DNA of 64,000 bases from Bacteroidota bacterium. Its GTDB lineage: Bacteria > Bacteroidota > Bacteroidia > Flavobacteriales_D > Crocinitomicaceae. The notes under the pieces were generated by a model. It made no database searches. It worked only from the letters and a program-made list of their open reading frames with translations, and was not told where the DNA came from. The DNA is taken from positions 10,348 through 74,347 of the forward strand of contig JBEEOT010000008.1 in assembly GCA_041191505.1 (NCBI GenBank), read 5' to 3'. How positions within the stretch are numbered: the first letter of the stretch is position 1; the number at the start of each line of letters is the position of its first letter. Below are positions 1 to 10,122 of the stretch, piece after piece. The position numbers were made by a program, and so were the translations under genes.

Positions 1-358
1 AATGCAGGTTCACTAAAACTTCGGCAGGTATCCCAAAAATACCGGCAGCAACTTGTTCTAAACCTGGCGGTAAGTCATCGGTGCAAATTTTTGTAAGGGT
101 GTCCGTTTGGGTGCCATTAGACAATACAACGATCGCATCGTCTACAAAACTATTCAGGTAAGATTCAAAGTTAGTACTAGAATACACATTGCTACTTTTG
201 GATAGCAAAACAATAGCGGGCTGCCCAGTTTCAATGCGACCATCTACGACGAGTTGTTCTTTGTAACCAGGTATATCGATCTTGACTTCTTTGGTGCAAC
301 TCCAAAAAAGCGTGAGTACTAAAAGATAGCTTGTGAATTTTAAAATTCGAAGTTCCAT
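1..358 (-). CDS. DUF4249-like lipoprotein (5' part only; gene runs off the window start)
   Basis: Not in the ORF track because it is truncated. Reverse-strand translation from the ATG at 358-356 gives MELRILKFTSYLLVLTLFWSCTKEVKIDIPGYKEQLVVDGRIETGQPAIVLLSKSS... and stays open to position 1. It has a lipobox (LFWSC). Its start overlaps the stop of the upstream TonB-dependent receptor by 19 nt, the usual receptor + DUF4249 pairing. Confidence 0.6.
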   Translation of the reverse strand, partial: MELRILKFTSYLLVLTLFWSCTKEVKIDIPGYKEQLVVDGRIETGQPAIVLLSKSSNVYSSTNFESYLNSFVDDAIVVLSNGTQTDTLTKICTDDLPPGLEQVAAGIFGIPAEVLVNLH

Positions 359-2739
359 GTGACACTTGGGATTATTGGAAATAAAGAAACCTGCTTGACA
401 CTCAAGGAGAAATTACCACTCATGAAGTCTCCGTCGTTGTCGACGTATAAAAAGAAGGGATTGAGTCGGTTATAAACGTTATAAACCGAAAAAGACCAAT
501 TACTGCGGTACGCTTTTTTGACTTGAATGTCTTTACCTGTAGCTGGGTCGGTTTTGGTTTTGTATTGCTTGCCAAAACGCGTAGCGCTCAGGTCTAAGCG
601 GTGATACGGCGCCATTCGTGTTGAATTTCGGGGGCCGTATTGAAACAATAGATTTTGATCTTGTACATACCAGCTCGCAGGAAGCGTGAGGGTATTGCCT
701 GTTGCGTAAATGAAGCTGGCACTGAAGGTCCAGGTGTCGTTGAGTTTGTAGGTGCCTACTAGCGTGAGGTCGTGGCGGCGGTCGTATTTGGCCGGATACA
801 CATTCCCTTCATTGATATCCGGAAAACGCCTTTCGGTTTTGGCCCAGGTGTAGCCGATCCAGCCGGTGAAGGCGCCTTCTGTTTTCTTCAAGAAGAACTC
901 AGTACCATAGGCCCAGCCATTGCCGTAGACCAATAAGTTATCGGTGTTGTCATTGACGTTGTCGCCAGGAAGCGCACCCTCTTTGAATTCAATAAGGTTT
1001 TTCATGCCCTTGTAATAGACCTCTACAGATGCTTCATAACGGTCTTTGGCAAAATTGCGAAAGTAACCAATTGAGGTTTGAAAACCTTGCTCTGGCTTGG
1101 CTTTATCGGTAGTAGGAAACCAGATGTCAGTGGGTAAGGAAACTGCGCTCAAGGTAACCAAATGCACATATTGATAGTTATAGGCGTAACCTGCCTTAAT
1201 GGAGCTGTTGTCAGGAAGTAAGTAGCGAAATGAAATGCGGGGCTCTAGACCCTGATAAAAAGCAATAATGTCTTTATTGGTGTATTTGACGACGCTATCT
1301 TGTGTGGAAATGCCGTCTCCTTTGATATAGCGATCAAAAGGCCCCACGTGTGCAAAATTACTGTAGCGCAAACCTGCATTAATGCGAAGCGCATCATTCA
1401 CATCGAATTCGTCTAATGCATAAATTGCGGATTCATGTGAATATAAATGCTGTGCAGCGCCCGTGTTAAAAGTAATGGTGTCGTCTTGAGCAGAAAGGCT
1501 AGTAGGCGTGAAATCGTGGTAAGTGTAAATAGCGCCCCACTTTACTCGGTGTTTTGGGTTCGGGAAATAAGAGAAGTCAACCTTGGCGGTGTAGTCTCGG
1601 ATGCCAGAGGCCAAAGCTACCCTGAATTCATCTTGAGAAGACGCAAACTCAAAGTTGTAATCCGAATAAGATAAGGTTGTGTTTAAAAATAACTTACTGG
1701 AAAACAGGTGATTCCATCGTAGAGCAGCGATTCCGTTGCCCCACGGCATTTCTACTTTGAAACCACCGTTGTTGTCTTTGAAAGAAAAGATGTCTTTTCC
1801 GTAATAGGCACTCAGGTAAATGCGGTCTTTGTCGGTGAGTTTGTAATTGAGTTTGGCATTGAGGTCATAGAAGAAATAGCCCGATCCTGCAAAAGGTGAG
1901 GAATCTGGAATGGCAGCTTTAACGAGTAAATCGATGTAGGTTCGGCGTGCCGAGACAACAAAAGAACCACGGTCTTTTTTGAGCGGACCTTCAACGGTAA
2001 GGCGAGACGAAATAGCACCAATACCACCTTTAACTTTGAATTTCTTGAGGTTCCCCTCGTTCATATTGACTTCTAGTACTGAAGATAGACGCCCTCCGTA
2101 ATTGGCAGGCATTCCACCTTTGATCAGGTTGACGCTGTTAATGGCGTCGGCATTGAAAACCGAAAAGAAACCAAATAAATGCGCCGCGTTGTAAACCACG
2201 CCTTCGTCTAATAAAACAAGGTTTTGATCGGGGCCACCACCGCGCACATAAAACCCCTGCCCTCCTTCGGATACAGACGAAACACCAGGCAACAATTGCA
2301 ATGTTTTAACGACATCGACCTCCCCCATAAATGCTGGTAGCGTCTTCACTTGGTCCATTTTGAGTTCCATCTGACCTAATTTGGCCGAAGTTACATTTTC
2401 GGAACGTTTGCCTGTAACGCGCACGTCTTGCGTTTCTTGCACCGCCATTTCGAGCTCTAGACTGATGGTTTGATTGCCTTGTAAATCTACGGATTTGAGC
2501 AAAGTTTGAAAACCATCGCAACGGTATTCAATTTGATAAGATCCGACAGGTAAGGTTAGGCTGTAGAAACCAAAATTATTGGCAACGGCTCCGGATTTGA
2601 GTTCCTTGACAAAAACGCGCGCAGTTCCGAGCGCTTCGCCGCTTCTTGCATCAGTAATGTAGCCGCTAATGGTGGCTTTTTTTTGTGCAAAAAGGAGCGT
2701 GGAAGATAAGATGATAAAAAAAGATAAGAGCGCTTTCAT
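340..2739 (-). CDS. TonB-dependent receptor with N-terminal carboxypeptidase-regulatory-like domain
   Basis: Signal peptide MKALLSFFIILSSTLLFAQ. CarbopepD_reg-like segment ISGYITDARSGEALGTARVFV. Plug/barrel length is about 800 aa and the protein ends in an aromatic residue (...TWNFEF). Start trimmed from the ORF-track 2937 to the ATG at 2739. Confidence 0.9.
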   Translation of the reverse strand: MKALLSFFIILSSTLLFAQKKATISGYITDARSGEALGTARVFVKELKSGAVANNFGFYSLTLPVGSYQIEYRCDGFQTLLKSVDLQGNQTISLELEMAVQETQDVRVTGKRSENVTSAKLGQMELKMDQVKTLPAFMGEVDVVKTLQLLPGVSSVSEGGQGFYVRGGGPDQNLVLLDEGVVYNAAHLFGFFSVFNADAINSVNLIKGGMPANYGGRLSSVLEVNMNEGNLKKFKVKGGIGAISSRLTVEGPLKKDRGSFVVSARRTYIDLLVKAAIPDSSPFAGSGYFFYDLNAKLNYKLTDKDRIYLSAYYGKDIFSFKDNNGGFKVEMPWGNGIAALRWNHLFSSKLFLNTTLSYSDYNFEFASSQDEFRVALASGIRDYTAKVDFSYFPNPKHRVKWGAIYTYHDFTPTSLSAQDDTITFNTGAAQHLYSHESAIYALDEFDVNDALRINAGLRYSNFAHVGPFDRYIKGDGISTQDSVVKYTNKDIIAFYQGLEPRISFRYLLPDNSSIKAGYAYNYQYVHLVTLSAVSLPTDIWFPTTDKAKPEQGFQTSIGYFRNFAKDRYEASVEVYYKGMKNLIEFKEGALPGDNVNDNTDNLLVYGNGWAYGTEFFLKKTEGAFTGWIGYTWAKTERRFPDINEGNVYPAKYDRRHDLTLVGTYKLNDTWTFSASFIYATGNTLTLPASWYVQDQNLLFQYGPRNSTRMAPYHRLDLSATRFGKQYKTKTDPATGKDIQVKKAYRSNWSFSVYNVYNRLNPFFLYVDNDGDFMSGNFSLSVKQVSLFPIIPSVTWNFEF

Positions 2740-2772
2740 AGAGAGAGTTGTCTTGTGGACGATTGAGAGGTA

Positions 2773-2780
2773 CAAAGGTA
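2773..2780 (-). promoter_or_regulatory. candidate Bacteroidota sigma-A -7 box (TAccTTTG) for the TonB-dependent receptor
   Basis: Plus strand CAAAGGTA equals TACCTTTG on the minus strand, an exact TAnnTTTG match 33 nt upstream of the ATG at 2739. Confidence 0.4.
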
Positions 2781-2844
2781 ACAAGCTCAAAACAAAAAAG
2801 TAGCGAAAAGGTTGGGAATTATTGGGGTTTGTGCGCGATGTTCG

Positions 2845-2852
2845 TAAATTTG
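2845..2852 (+). promoter_or_regulatory. candidate -7 box (TAaaTTTG) for pabB, 4 nt before the ATG
   Basis: Exact TAnnTTTG. Only AGGC separates it from the ATG at 2857, which implies a leaderless transcript. Confidence 0.5.
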
Positions 2853-2856
2853 AGGC

Positions 2857-4047
2857 ATGGAACCCACCTGTTTTTATTGGCAACACCCGCAACTCGGCCC
2901 CATGCTTGGCGTCGGCAAGCGCCATGAAATCATTCAAACCTCAACAGCGGCACTATCTGAATTACAGGACTTCCTCTCTACCCACGCAGGGCAATACATT
3001 TTTGGCTACCTCAGTTTTGAGCTCAAAAATGCGCTTGAAAACCTCCACTCTACTCATTTTGACCCTCTTGAGTTCCCACATGTTCATTTCTGGATTCCTG
3101 AAAGTTTGTTTCGGCTCGGAGATTCTATTACTCTCTTTTGGGGAGAAGACCAGGCCAGCAATTGGGCGAAAGCCACTTCTTTTCATCAAAATTTAAAACA
3201 AAAAAATGGCGTCCTAACAGCTCCATTCGAGGCCAGCACTTCGAAAGAAAGCTATTTTGAGCATTTTGACCTACTGAAAAATGCACTGCAACGCGGAGAC
3301 ATCTATGAAGTCAATTATTGTCAGGAATTTCATGTCGAAGACATCCGAATAGATGAACCTGTTGGTCTTTTTGGACGCTTGCTCCATGAAACCAAAGCCC
3401 CGCACTCAGCCTATATCCAAACTGCAGATCATTTGGTTTTCTGCGCCAGTCCTGAGCGCTTCTTGCAAAAAACGGGTATGCTTTTGCGTTCCGAACCCAT
3501 CAAAGGAACTGCACCCCGCTCCGCAGACCCCATTCAAGATCAAGCACTTGCGCACACACTACAAACCAACCCCAAAGAGCGTGCAGAAAACATCATGATT
3601 GTAGACCTCGTGCGCAACGACCTCTCCCAAATTGCACAAAAGAACTCTGTTCAGGTAGACGAACTTTGTCAAATCTATAGCTTTGAGACGGTGCACCAAA
3701 TGATCTCAAAAATCAGCTGCGAACTTAAGCCCGAAACGAGCTTTATTGAAATTCTCAAGGCTTGTTTTCCGATGGGCAGCATGACCGGCGCACCAAAGAT
3801 TTCCGCCCTCGAGCAAATCGAAAAACACGAAGACTTTAGAAGAGGCCTCTATTCCGGAAGCATCGGGCTCATTGAGCCCAACGGCGATTTTGATTTCAAT
3901 GTGGTCATTCGCAGCCTGCTTTACAACCGAAAAAAAGCCTATTTATCTTGTGCAGTTGGTAGTGCCATTACGATTACAGCTCAGGCCGAAGATGAATACA
4001 AAGAATGTTTATTGAAGGCGCAAAAATTGATCCATGGACTCCGCTAG
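2857..4047 (+). CDS. pabB: aminodeoxychorismate synthase component I (chorismate-binding enzyme)
   Basis: Chorismate-binding C-terminal motifs are present: SEPIKGTAPR (Lys in PIKGT as in PabB rather than the Ala of TrpE), MIVDLVRND, FPMGSMTGAPK and RGLYSGSIG. Confidence 0.8.
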   Translation: MEPTCFYWQHPQLGPMLGVGKRHEIIQTSTAALSELQDFLSTHAGQYIFGYLSFELKNALENLHSTHFDPLEFPHVHFWIPESLFRLGDSITLFWGEDQASNWAKATSFHQNLKQKNGVLTAPFEASTSKESYFEHFDLLKNALQRGDIYEVNYCQEFHVEDIRIDEPVGLFGRLLHETKAPHSAYIQTADHLVFCASPERFLQKTGMLLRSEPIKGTAPRSADPIQDQALAHTLQTNPKERAENIMIVDLVRNDLSQIAQKNSVQVDELCQIYSFETVHQMISKISCELKPETSFIEILKACFPMGSMTGAPKISALEQIEKHEDFRRGLYSGSIGLIEPNGDFDFNVVIRSLLYNRKKAYLSCAVGSAITITAQAEDEYKECLLKAQKLIHGLR

Positions 4048-5335
4048 CAAAAAGAAAACGGCTACCATCCTCGACGAATTGGCGCTGTTTTTCCAAAGCC
4101 ACCCCGCAGACACCTACCTTCTTGCTACAAGCGGAGGCAAAGACTCGATGCTGCTCTGCGAACTCTTGCGTCTACTTGCGCTACCCTTTGAAATCATGCA
4201 TGTCAATTACAAGCTTAGAGCGGAACAAAGTGAGCTCGACCAAGCTTTAGTTGAAGCATACTGCCTTAAACACAAACTCAAGTTGCATCTTTATCAGTTC
4301 GATTTAGGTGCTTATCTTCAATCCGAAAACGCCAATCTCCAAGCAAAAGCAAGAGCAATTCGTTATGAATTTTTCAGAGAAATTCAAGCAAAAACGCCAA
4401 ACAGCCTCATGTGCACTGCCCACCATGCCGATGATCAGCTCGAAACTTTTTGGTTGCAACTTTCGCGGGGGGCTGGCCTCAAAGGACTTGCTGGCATGCC
4501 GTCAGCACATGGCAACCTACTCAGGCCACTATTGCCATACCGACAACACACTTTACAAAAACTTGCTTTAGAATTGGGGCTCGTATGGCGCGAAGACCTC
4601 AGTAACCAATCACTCAAATACCGACGCAATTTGTGGCGACTTGAATTGCTGCCATTTTTGCGCAAGCAAGCCTCCACCATAGACCAATCAGTTACACTCT
4701 TACAAAAGCAGTTTACTTATGAGATAGAAGCCCAAGAAAACTTACTTCAGGAGGCGCTATCACATTTTAAAAATAAATCAAGTATTGAATTAAATAAAAT
4801 AGCTCAACTTACTTCTTATCAAATTGTTGAACTATTTAAATACTTAGATACACCAACACATGTCATCCGCAGAATCGGCGATTTATTCAGTGCTGAAAAC
4901 GGCAAATTCCTATCTTGGAGAGCAGCCAGTTCAGGCAGGTTATTTTATCTTGTAAGACAAAAAGAAACAATTGCTTTCTTTGATGACACCGTTTTGGAAT
5001 GGGCATTTGAATGGCGAGAACCAGATGTAAAATCGAATGACCCTTCGTTTGTTTCGCCGCCAATTTTTATAGATTTAGAAAAATTAGATGGCGATTTATA
5101 TTTCCGAAAAGTTCAAAACGGAGACCGCATTCGTATAAAAGGCTTGAAAGGCAGTAAAAAAGCACTGCAAATCTTCAAAGAAATGGGCTTTCCGGCTCCG
5201 CTTCGCAAAATACAATTTGTGCTGTGTGACCAACAAAAGGTCGTTGCGATCCCACCCATTCATATCAATGCAATTGTAGAAGCACAAGAAAACTCAAAAG
5301 AAGTTGCGCAACTTCTTTTTTCAAAAAAGCCGTAA
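4034..5335 (+). CDS. tilS: tRNA(Ile)-lysidine synthase
   Basis: PP-loop motif LLATSGGKDSMLL, then HVNYKLR and TAHHADDQLETF. Overlaps pabB by 14 nt. Confidence 0.85.
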   Translation: MDSASKKKTATILDELALFFQSHPADTYLLATSGGKDSMLLCELLRLLALPFEIMHVNYKLRAEQSELDQALVEAYCLKHKLKLHLYQFDLGAYLQSENANLQAKARAIRYEFFREIQAKTPNSLMCTAHHADDQLETFWLQLSRGAGLKGLAGMPSAHGNLLRPLLPYRQHTLQKLALELGLVWREDLSNQSLKYRRNLWRLELLPFLRKQASTIDQSVTLLQKQFTYEIEAQENLLQEALSHFKNKSSIELNKIAQLTSYQIVELFKYLDTPTHVIRRIGDLFSAENGKFLSWRAASSGRLFYLVRQKETIAFFDDTVLEWAFEWREPDVKSNDPSFVSPPIFIDLEKLDGDLYFRKVQNGDRIRIKGLKGSKKALQIFKEMGFPAPLRKIQFVLCDQQKVVAIPPIHINAIVEAQENSKEVAQLLFSKKP

Positions 5336-5337
5336 TT

Positions 5338-6660
5338 TTGAAAATGACTCTTTTGCCTACAGATTTCATAGCGCGCATTCAACAAGACGCCTTTGTTCCT
5401 GACCAACTTCTTGCAGCCCTAGAAACCGTAGCACCAACTTCAGTGCGCCTGCATCCAGAACGCACCGCACATTTTGAAAACAGCAGCCCGGTTCCCTGGA
5501 GTTCAAAAGGTATTTACCTCCAAGAGCGCCCATCCTTCACCTACGACCCCTTATTTCATGCTGGCGCATACTATCCACAAGAAGCAGGCTCGATGTATTT
5601 AGAACAAGTTTTAAAACAACTTGAACTCCCAGAACATCCGGTGGTTTTAGACCTAAGCGCTGCACCAGGTGGCAAAAGCACACTCATCGCTAGTTTCTTG
5701 AACCACAAAGGCGTTTTGCTTGCCAATGAAATCAATCGGTCGAGGGCCTATATTCTCAGTGAAAACCTCACCAAATGGGGCTATTCGAATGTGTTTGTTT
5801 GCCATCACAAACCCTCTGAGCTGCATTTGCTAGATGGCCAAGTAGATGTACTTGTAGTGGATGCACCTTGCTCTGGAGAAGGTATGTTTCGCAAAGATCC
5901 GCAATCCAGAACGGAGTGGACAAGCGCAAATGCCGCCACTTGCGCCACCAGGCAATCCGATATTCTCCAAGAAGTTTGGCCCTTGCTCAAAGAAGGCGGG
6001 TACCTTATTTACTCTACCTGCACCTTCAACCCAGCAGAAAACGAGCAACAACTGTTGCCCTACCTAGCAGCAAATGCTCGAAAAGTGGAGCTTCCTCATT
6101 TTGAAGGCCTTAAAGCCGATCGAAATGAACTCGGTTATTATTTCTTCCCGAGCGAGGTAAAAAGCGAAGGATTTTATATTGCGGCACTTCAAAAAACAAG
6201 CGGCAAGCAAAGCAAAATCAAGCCTTCGAAAAATAGTTTAGCAATTGGCTTACCTCAAGATTTAAGCAATTTACTTCGGGAAGTAAATGACTTTCAGTTT
6301 TGGCAAGAAGACGACGCAGTTTATGCCAGCACGGCTTTTGGACTTGACTTTTATACGCGCATCAGGTCACTTAAATTTTTGAAAAAAGCCCTCCACGTGG
6401 CTACGGCTCACAAGAAATCCTGGACACCTGCCTACGACATGGTGTATAGCCTACACATGCGTTGGGATTTTCCATTAAAACCTGTTTCATACGCAGAGGC
6501 CTTACAAATTTTAAACGGACAGAGTCAGCAATGGGAAGCGCCCGCAGGCTTTTACCTCGTCACTTATGAAGCGCAACCAATTGCGCTCATTAAACAAATT
6601 GGTCAGCGCTTTAACAATATGCACCCAACAGAGTGGCGCATCAGACACCTACCCAAATAA
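5338..6660 (+). CDS. RsmB/RsmF-like RNA cytosine-C5 methyltransferase (NOL1/NOP2/Sun family)
   Basis: Motifs LDLSAAPGGKST, VVDAPCSGEGMFRKDP and YSTCTFNPAENE. The start is TTG at 5338 or ATG at 5344. Confidence 0.8.
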   Translation: MKMTLLPTDFIARIQQDAFVPDQLLAALETVAPTSVRLHPERTAHFENSSPVPWSSKGIYLQERPSFTYDPLFHAGAYYPQEAGSMYLEQVLKQLELPEHPVVLDLSAAPGGKSTLIASFLNHKGVLLANEINRSRAYILSENLTKWGYSNVFVCHHKPSELHLLDGQVDVLVVDAPCSGEGMFRKDPQSRTEWTSANAATCATRQSDILQEVWPLLKEGGYLIYSTCTFNPAENEQQLLPYLAANARKVELPHFEGLKADRNELGYYFFPSEVKSEGFYIAALQKTSGKQSKIKPSKNSLAIGLPQDLSNLLREVNDFQFWQEDDAVYASTAFGLDFYTRIRSLKFLKKALHVATAHKKSWTPAYDMVYSLHMRWDFPLKPVSYAEALQILNGQSQQWEAPAGFYLVTYEAQPIALIKQIGQRFNNMHPTEWRIRHLPK

Positions 6661-6665
6661 TCTAT

Positions 6666-7274
6666 ATGGAACTCCAAGCAGCCTATCAAAAATTATTCGA
6701 CTACATGAGTCAGCGCGTTCCGCTCAAAGCCGATGAATTGGAATTGATGAAAAACTATTACCACCTCAGAAAAGTCAATAAAAAAGATTTTTTTCTAAAA
6801 GAGGGATCAAAGCATTTTCAGCAAGGATTCGTAGTTCAGGGTACCCTTCGTGTTTTCTACACCGACGCCAAAGGCAATGAACATGTTTTGTATTTTGCCT
6901 TTCCAGATTGGTGGGTCGGAGACCTCTCTGCTTTTCATTTCGACGACGCCGCCACCCTCAACGTACAAGCATTAGAAGATAGCTACATGCTTGAGATTTC
7001 TAGAGAAGACCTTGAATATCTTTTTGAGCAAGTGCCATCGTCGGAACGCCTCTTTCGGATCATGGCGCAGCGCACGCTTGCGGTGTTGCAAAAACGCTTC
7101 CTCATGACCGTCTCTGCACATGCCGAAGAACGCTACCAAGAACTCTTGCAACGACACCCCGGAATTGAGCAAATTGTTGCCCAACATCAGATTGCATCCT
7201 ATCTCGGAATTTTGCCTGAAAGCCTGAGTAGAATGAAAAAAAAACTTTACGTATCTTCGCCAAACAAAAAATAA
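6666..7274 (+). CDS. Crp/Fnr family transcriptional regulator
   Basis: Has a cNMP-binding-like beta-roll (FFLKEGSKHFQQGFVVQGTLRVFY) and a C-terminal HTH (QIASYLGILPESLSRMKKKL). Start trimmed to the ATG at 6666, after the upstream stop. Confidence 0.8.
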   Translation: MELQAAYQKLFDYMSQRVPLKADELELMKNYYHLRKVNKKDFFLKEGSKHFQQGFVVQGTLRVFYTDAKGNEHVLYFAFPDWWVGDLSAFHFDDAATLNVQALEDSYMLEISREDLEYLFEQVPSSERLFRIMAQRTLAVLQKRFLMTVSAHAEERYQELLQRHPGIEQIVAQHQIASYLGILPESLSRMKKKLYVSSPNKK

Positions 7275-7277
7275 ATC

Positions 7278-9419
7278 ATGACACAATTTAAACGTATAAC
7301 GCTTGCCCTCTTTTTATTTGTTGGGTTATTTGTTCGTGCCGACGAAGGCATGTGGTTCCTGATGTTCATCGATCGCCTGAATCACCGCGACATGCAAAAA
7401 ATGGGTCTGCAACTCACTGCAGAAGAAATTTACAGCATTAACAATTCTTCTTTAAAAGATGCCGTAGTTCAATTCAACGGAGGCTGTACGGCAGAGCTTA
7501 TCTCCAAAGATGGCTTGCTGCTTACCAACCACCACTGCGGTTACGACGCTATTGCGGAGCTCTCAACGCCAGAACACGACTACCTTACAAATGGTTTTTG
7601 GGCCGCAGACCGCAGCCAAGAACTCAAGCCAAAATCTTTGTATGTGCGCTTTTTTGTCCGCATGGACGACTGCACCAAGCGCATCTTGTCAAAAGTTTCT
7701 GATAACATGACAGAAGCGGAGCGCGATAAAGTCATTCGTGATGAAATCGCACTCATTGAAAAAGAAAACAGCGAAGGTGGCAAATACGTCGTGTCTGTTC
7801 GCTCATTTTTCCAAGGTAATGAGTTCTACTTTTTTGTATATCAAGATTTCAAAGATGTTCGTTTAGTAGGAACACCTCCAAACAGCATCGGAAAATTCGG
7901 AGGAGACACCGACAACTGGGAGTGGCCACGCCACACCGGAGACTTCTCCATGTTCCGCGTTTACGCAGATGCCAATGGCAACCCTTCAGACTACAGCACA
8001 ACCAACGTTCCTTTACATCCAAAGCACCACCTTCCCATCAACCTCAATGGTGTTAAAGAAGGGGATTTCGCCATGATCATGGGCTATCCTGGCCGCACCA
8101 ATCGCTGGCTCCCTGCAGGCGGCATTGATCAAAACGTAAAATACGCCTACCCTGCCTGGGTAGAAGCTTCCAAAACAGCCATGGACGCCATGAAATTCTA
8201 CATGGACAAAGATGCAGATGTACGCTTGAACTACGCCTCTAAATATGCACGCACGGCCAACTACTGGAAAAACCGCCAAGGCATGATTGATGCCCTTACT
8301 CAATTCCAGACTGCCGCCTCCAAAGCGAAAAACGAAGCCAAATTTGATGCATGGGCCAACAAGCCTGAAAATAAAGCCAAATACGGCACTGTGGTCAGCA
8401 CATTAAATGCATTTTATACAGCAACCAACGACAAATCAAGACACGATAACTACCTATCTATCCTTGTCAGAAATTCAGAATACGCTGGCATCTCTCGCGG
8501 TTTGGGCGCACAACTTATGGCTTATGCAAAAGCAGATGCAGCGAAAAGAAGCACCATGAAAGCCGACCTCGTTGCTGCTATCAATGAGTTCTTTGAAACC
8601 ACCTACGGACCTGCAGAAATGGACGTTCTCATCAAAGGACTTGATTTATACGCAGCCAAAGCAAACTACGAACTTGCCTCTGGGGTTGCTTCTATGTACG
8701 CAGACGGCACCACCACCAATGAAATTCGCGCGCTCTTTGCAATGTCGATACTCGCCTCTAAAAATGGTATGTTGGCATTCTTAGAAGCACCTAGCGAAGC
8801 TCAATTGAGCAATGACCCACTTTTCAAGTTGTCTGTAGATATGGTTGCACATCTCACAAAACGCAGCGATGAGCTCATTAAACTTACCGACGACTACAAC
8901 CGCGCTTATCGCCTACTTGTGGCTGGCCTCAGAGAATCTGGCTTGAGCACTATTTTGTATCCAGACGCGAACAGCACGCTTCGCCTTACCTATGGTAAAG
9001 TAAGCGCGCTTCCTGCCGACAAACGCAATGATGCCAAAATCAACAACTACACAACGCTGCAAGGTACCATCAACAAATACAAGCCTAACGACGAAGAATT
9101 CGATTTGCCACAACGCCTCATCGAACTCAACGCGAAAAAAGATTTTGGTCCTTATGCTGATAAAGCGGGCTACATGCCTGTCAATTTCTTGACCAACAAC
9201 GATATTACAGGCGGAAATTCAGGTTCTCCTGTATTGAATGGCAAAGGTGAACTCATCGGCTTGGCTTTTGATGGCAACATCGAAGCGATGGCAGGTGATG
9301 TTATTTTTGATCAAAAATTGCAAAAGACGATCAATGTCGATATCCGTTACGTATTGTTCATCATCGATAAATACGCAGGTGCAAAACACATTGTTGACGA
9401 AATGACCATCGTTAAATAA
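7278..9419 (+). CDS. S46 family dipeptidyl-peptidase (DPP7-like)
   Basis: Signal peptide followed by DEGMWF. Catalytic His context LLTNHHCGYD. Catalytic Ser context TGGNSGSPVLNGKGELIGLAFDGN. Length 713 aa. Confidence 0.9.
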   Translation: MTQFKRITLALFLFVGLFVRADEGMWFLMFIDRLNHRDMQKMGLQLTAEEIYSINNSSLKDAVVQFNGGCTAELISKDGLLLTNHHCGYDAIAELSTPEHDYLTNGFWAADRSQELKPKSLYVRFFVRMDDCTKRILSKVSDNMTEAERDKVIRDEIALIEKENSEGGKYVVSVRSFFQGNEFYFFVYQDFKDVRLVGTPPNSIGKFGGDTDNWEWPRHTGDFSMFRVYADANGNPSDYSTTNVPLHPKHHLPINLNGVKEGDFAMIMGYPGRTNRWLPAGGIDQNVKYAYPAWVEASKTAMDAMKFYMDKDADVRLNYASKYARTANYWKNRQGMIDALTQFQTAASKAKNEAKFDAWANKPENKAKYGTVVSTLNAFYTATNDKSRHDNYLSILVRNSEYAGISRGLGAQLMAYAKADAAKRSTMKADLVAAINEFFETTYGPAEMDVLIKGLDLYAAKANYELASGVASMYADGTTTNEIRALFAMSILASKNGMLAFLEAPSEAQLSNDPLFKLSVDMVAHLTKRSDELIKLTDDYNRAYRLLVAGLRESGLSTILYPDANSTLRLTYGKVSALPADKRNDAKINNYTTLQGTINKYKPNDEEFDLPQRLIELNAKKDFGPYADKAGYMPVNFLTNNDITGGNSGSPVLNGKGELIGLAFDGNIEAMAGDVIFDQKLQKTINVDIRYVLFIIDKYAGAKHIVDEMTIVK

Positions 9420-9460
9420 AGCATTGCAAGTTGGTGCTTCCAACTAACTTGTAAGGAAAG

Positions 9461-9482
9461 GGCCTCTTCGGAGGCCTTTTTT
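9461..9482 (+). terminator. rho-independent terminator after the S46 peptidase gene
   Basis: GGCCTC-TTCG-GAGGCC stem-loop followed by TTTTTT. It is preceded by a second hairpin, AGTTGG-TGCTT-CCAACT, at 9429-9445. Confidence 0.8.
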
Positions 9483-9514
9483 ATGCGCTTCACTTTTGGT
9501 TTTTGAATTAGCCG

Positions 9515-9522
9515 TAACTTTG
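9515..9522 (+). promoter_or_regulatory. candidate -7 box (TAacTTTG) for marC
   Basis: Exact TAnnTTTG, 15 nt before the ATG at 9538 and downstream of the terminator. Confidence 0.45.
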
Positions 9523-9537
9523 CAAAAAACAATCCCA

Positions 9538-10122
9538 ATGGCTTTCTTTGAACACATCAATCTCAAACAAATTGCTACGGCAACGATGGTGCTATTCGCC
9601 GTCATCGATATCATCGGCAGCATTCCAATCATTATCAATCTCAGGCAAAAAGTAGGTCATATTGAATCTGAAAAAGCCAGTATTGTTGCCCTACTCATCA
9701 TGGTTGTCTTCCTATTTATCGGCGACCAAATTCTTGCGTTAATTGGCATTGATGTTTATTCATTTGCTGTAGCGGGTTCCATTTTGATTTTTTTTATTGC
9801 CATTGAAATGATCCTTGGAATAACGCTGTATAAAGATGAAGAACCTGAAAGCGCCTCTATCGTACCTATTGCCTTTCCATTAATTGCTGGGGCAGGCACC
9901 ATGACCACCCTTTTGTCTATGCGTGCTGCTTATGCGGACATCAACATCATTGTTGCCATCATTATCAATGTAGGCTTGGTTTATGTCGTGCTAAAACTAT
10001 CTGGAAAGATTGGTGCATGGCTCGGAAAAGGCGGCATTGGGATCATTCGAAAAATATTCGGCATCATTCTGATGGCCATTGCGGTGAAGTTATTTACAGG
10101 AAATATTCAGCACTTGTTCTAA
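9538..10122 (+). CDS. MarC family (UPF0056) integral membrane protein
   Basis: Polytopic membrane protein of about 195 aa with the typical N-terminus MAFFEHINLKQIATATMVLFAVIDIIGSIP and the FPLIAGAGT motif. Confidence 0.8.
   Translation: MAFFEHINLKQIATATMVLFAVIDIIGSIPIIINLRQKVGHIESEKASIVALLIMVVFLFIGDQILALIGIDVYSFAVAGSILIFFIAIEMILGITLYKDEEPESASIVPIAFPLIAGAGTMTTLLSMRAAYADINIIVAIIINVGLVYVVLKLSGKIGAWLGKGGIGIIRKIFGIILMAIAVKLFTGNIQHLF

Noticed and set aside
340-2739. Possible polysaccharide utilisation locus (SusC-like receptor).
   Set aside because: The partner gene is a DUF4249-type lipoprotein, not SusD. No glycoside hydrolases or hybrid two-component or ECF/anti-sigma regulators are adjacent.
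340-2937. The ORF-track version of the TonB-dependent receptor has a 66-aa N-terminal extension. Similar 5' extensions occur at 6633, 9496, 13922, 17810, 18727, 23159, 25891, 26348, 36916, 48703 and 62030.
   Set aside because: In each case an internal ATG is followed directly by a signal peptide or a conserved family N-terminus. The extension also overlaps the neighbouring gene or promoter. Starts were trimmed accordingly.
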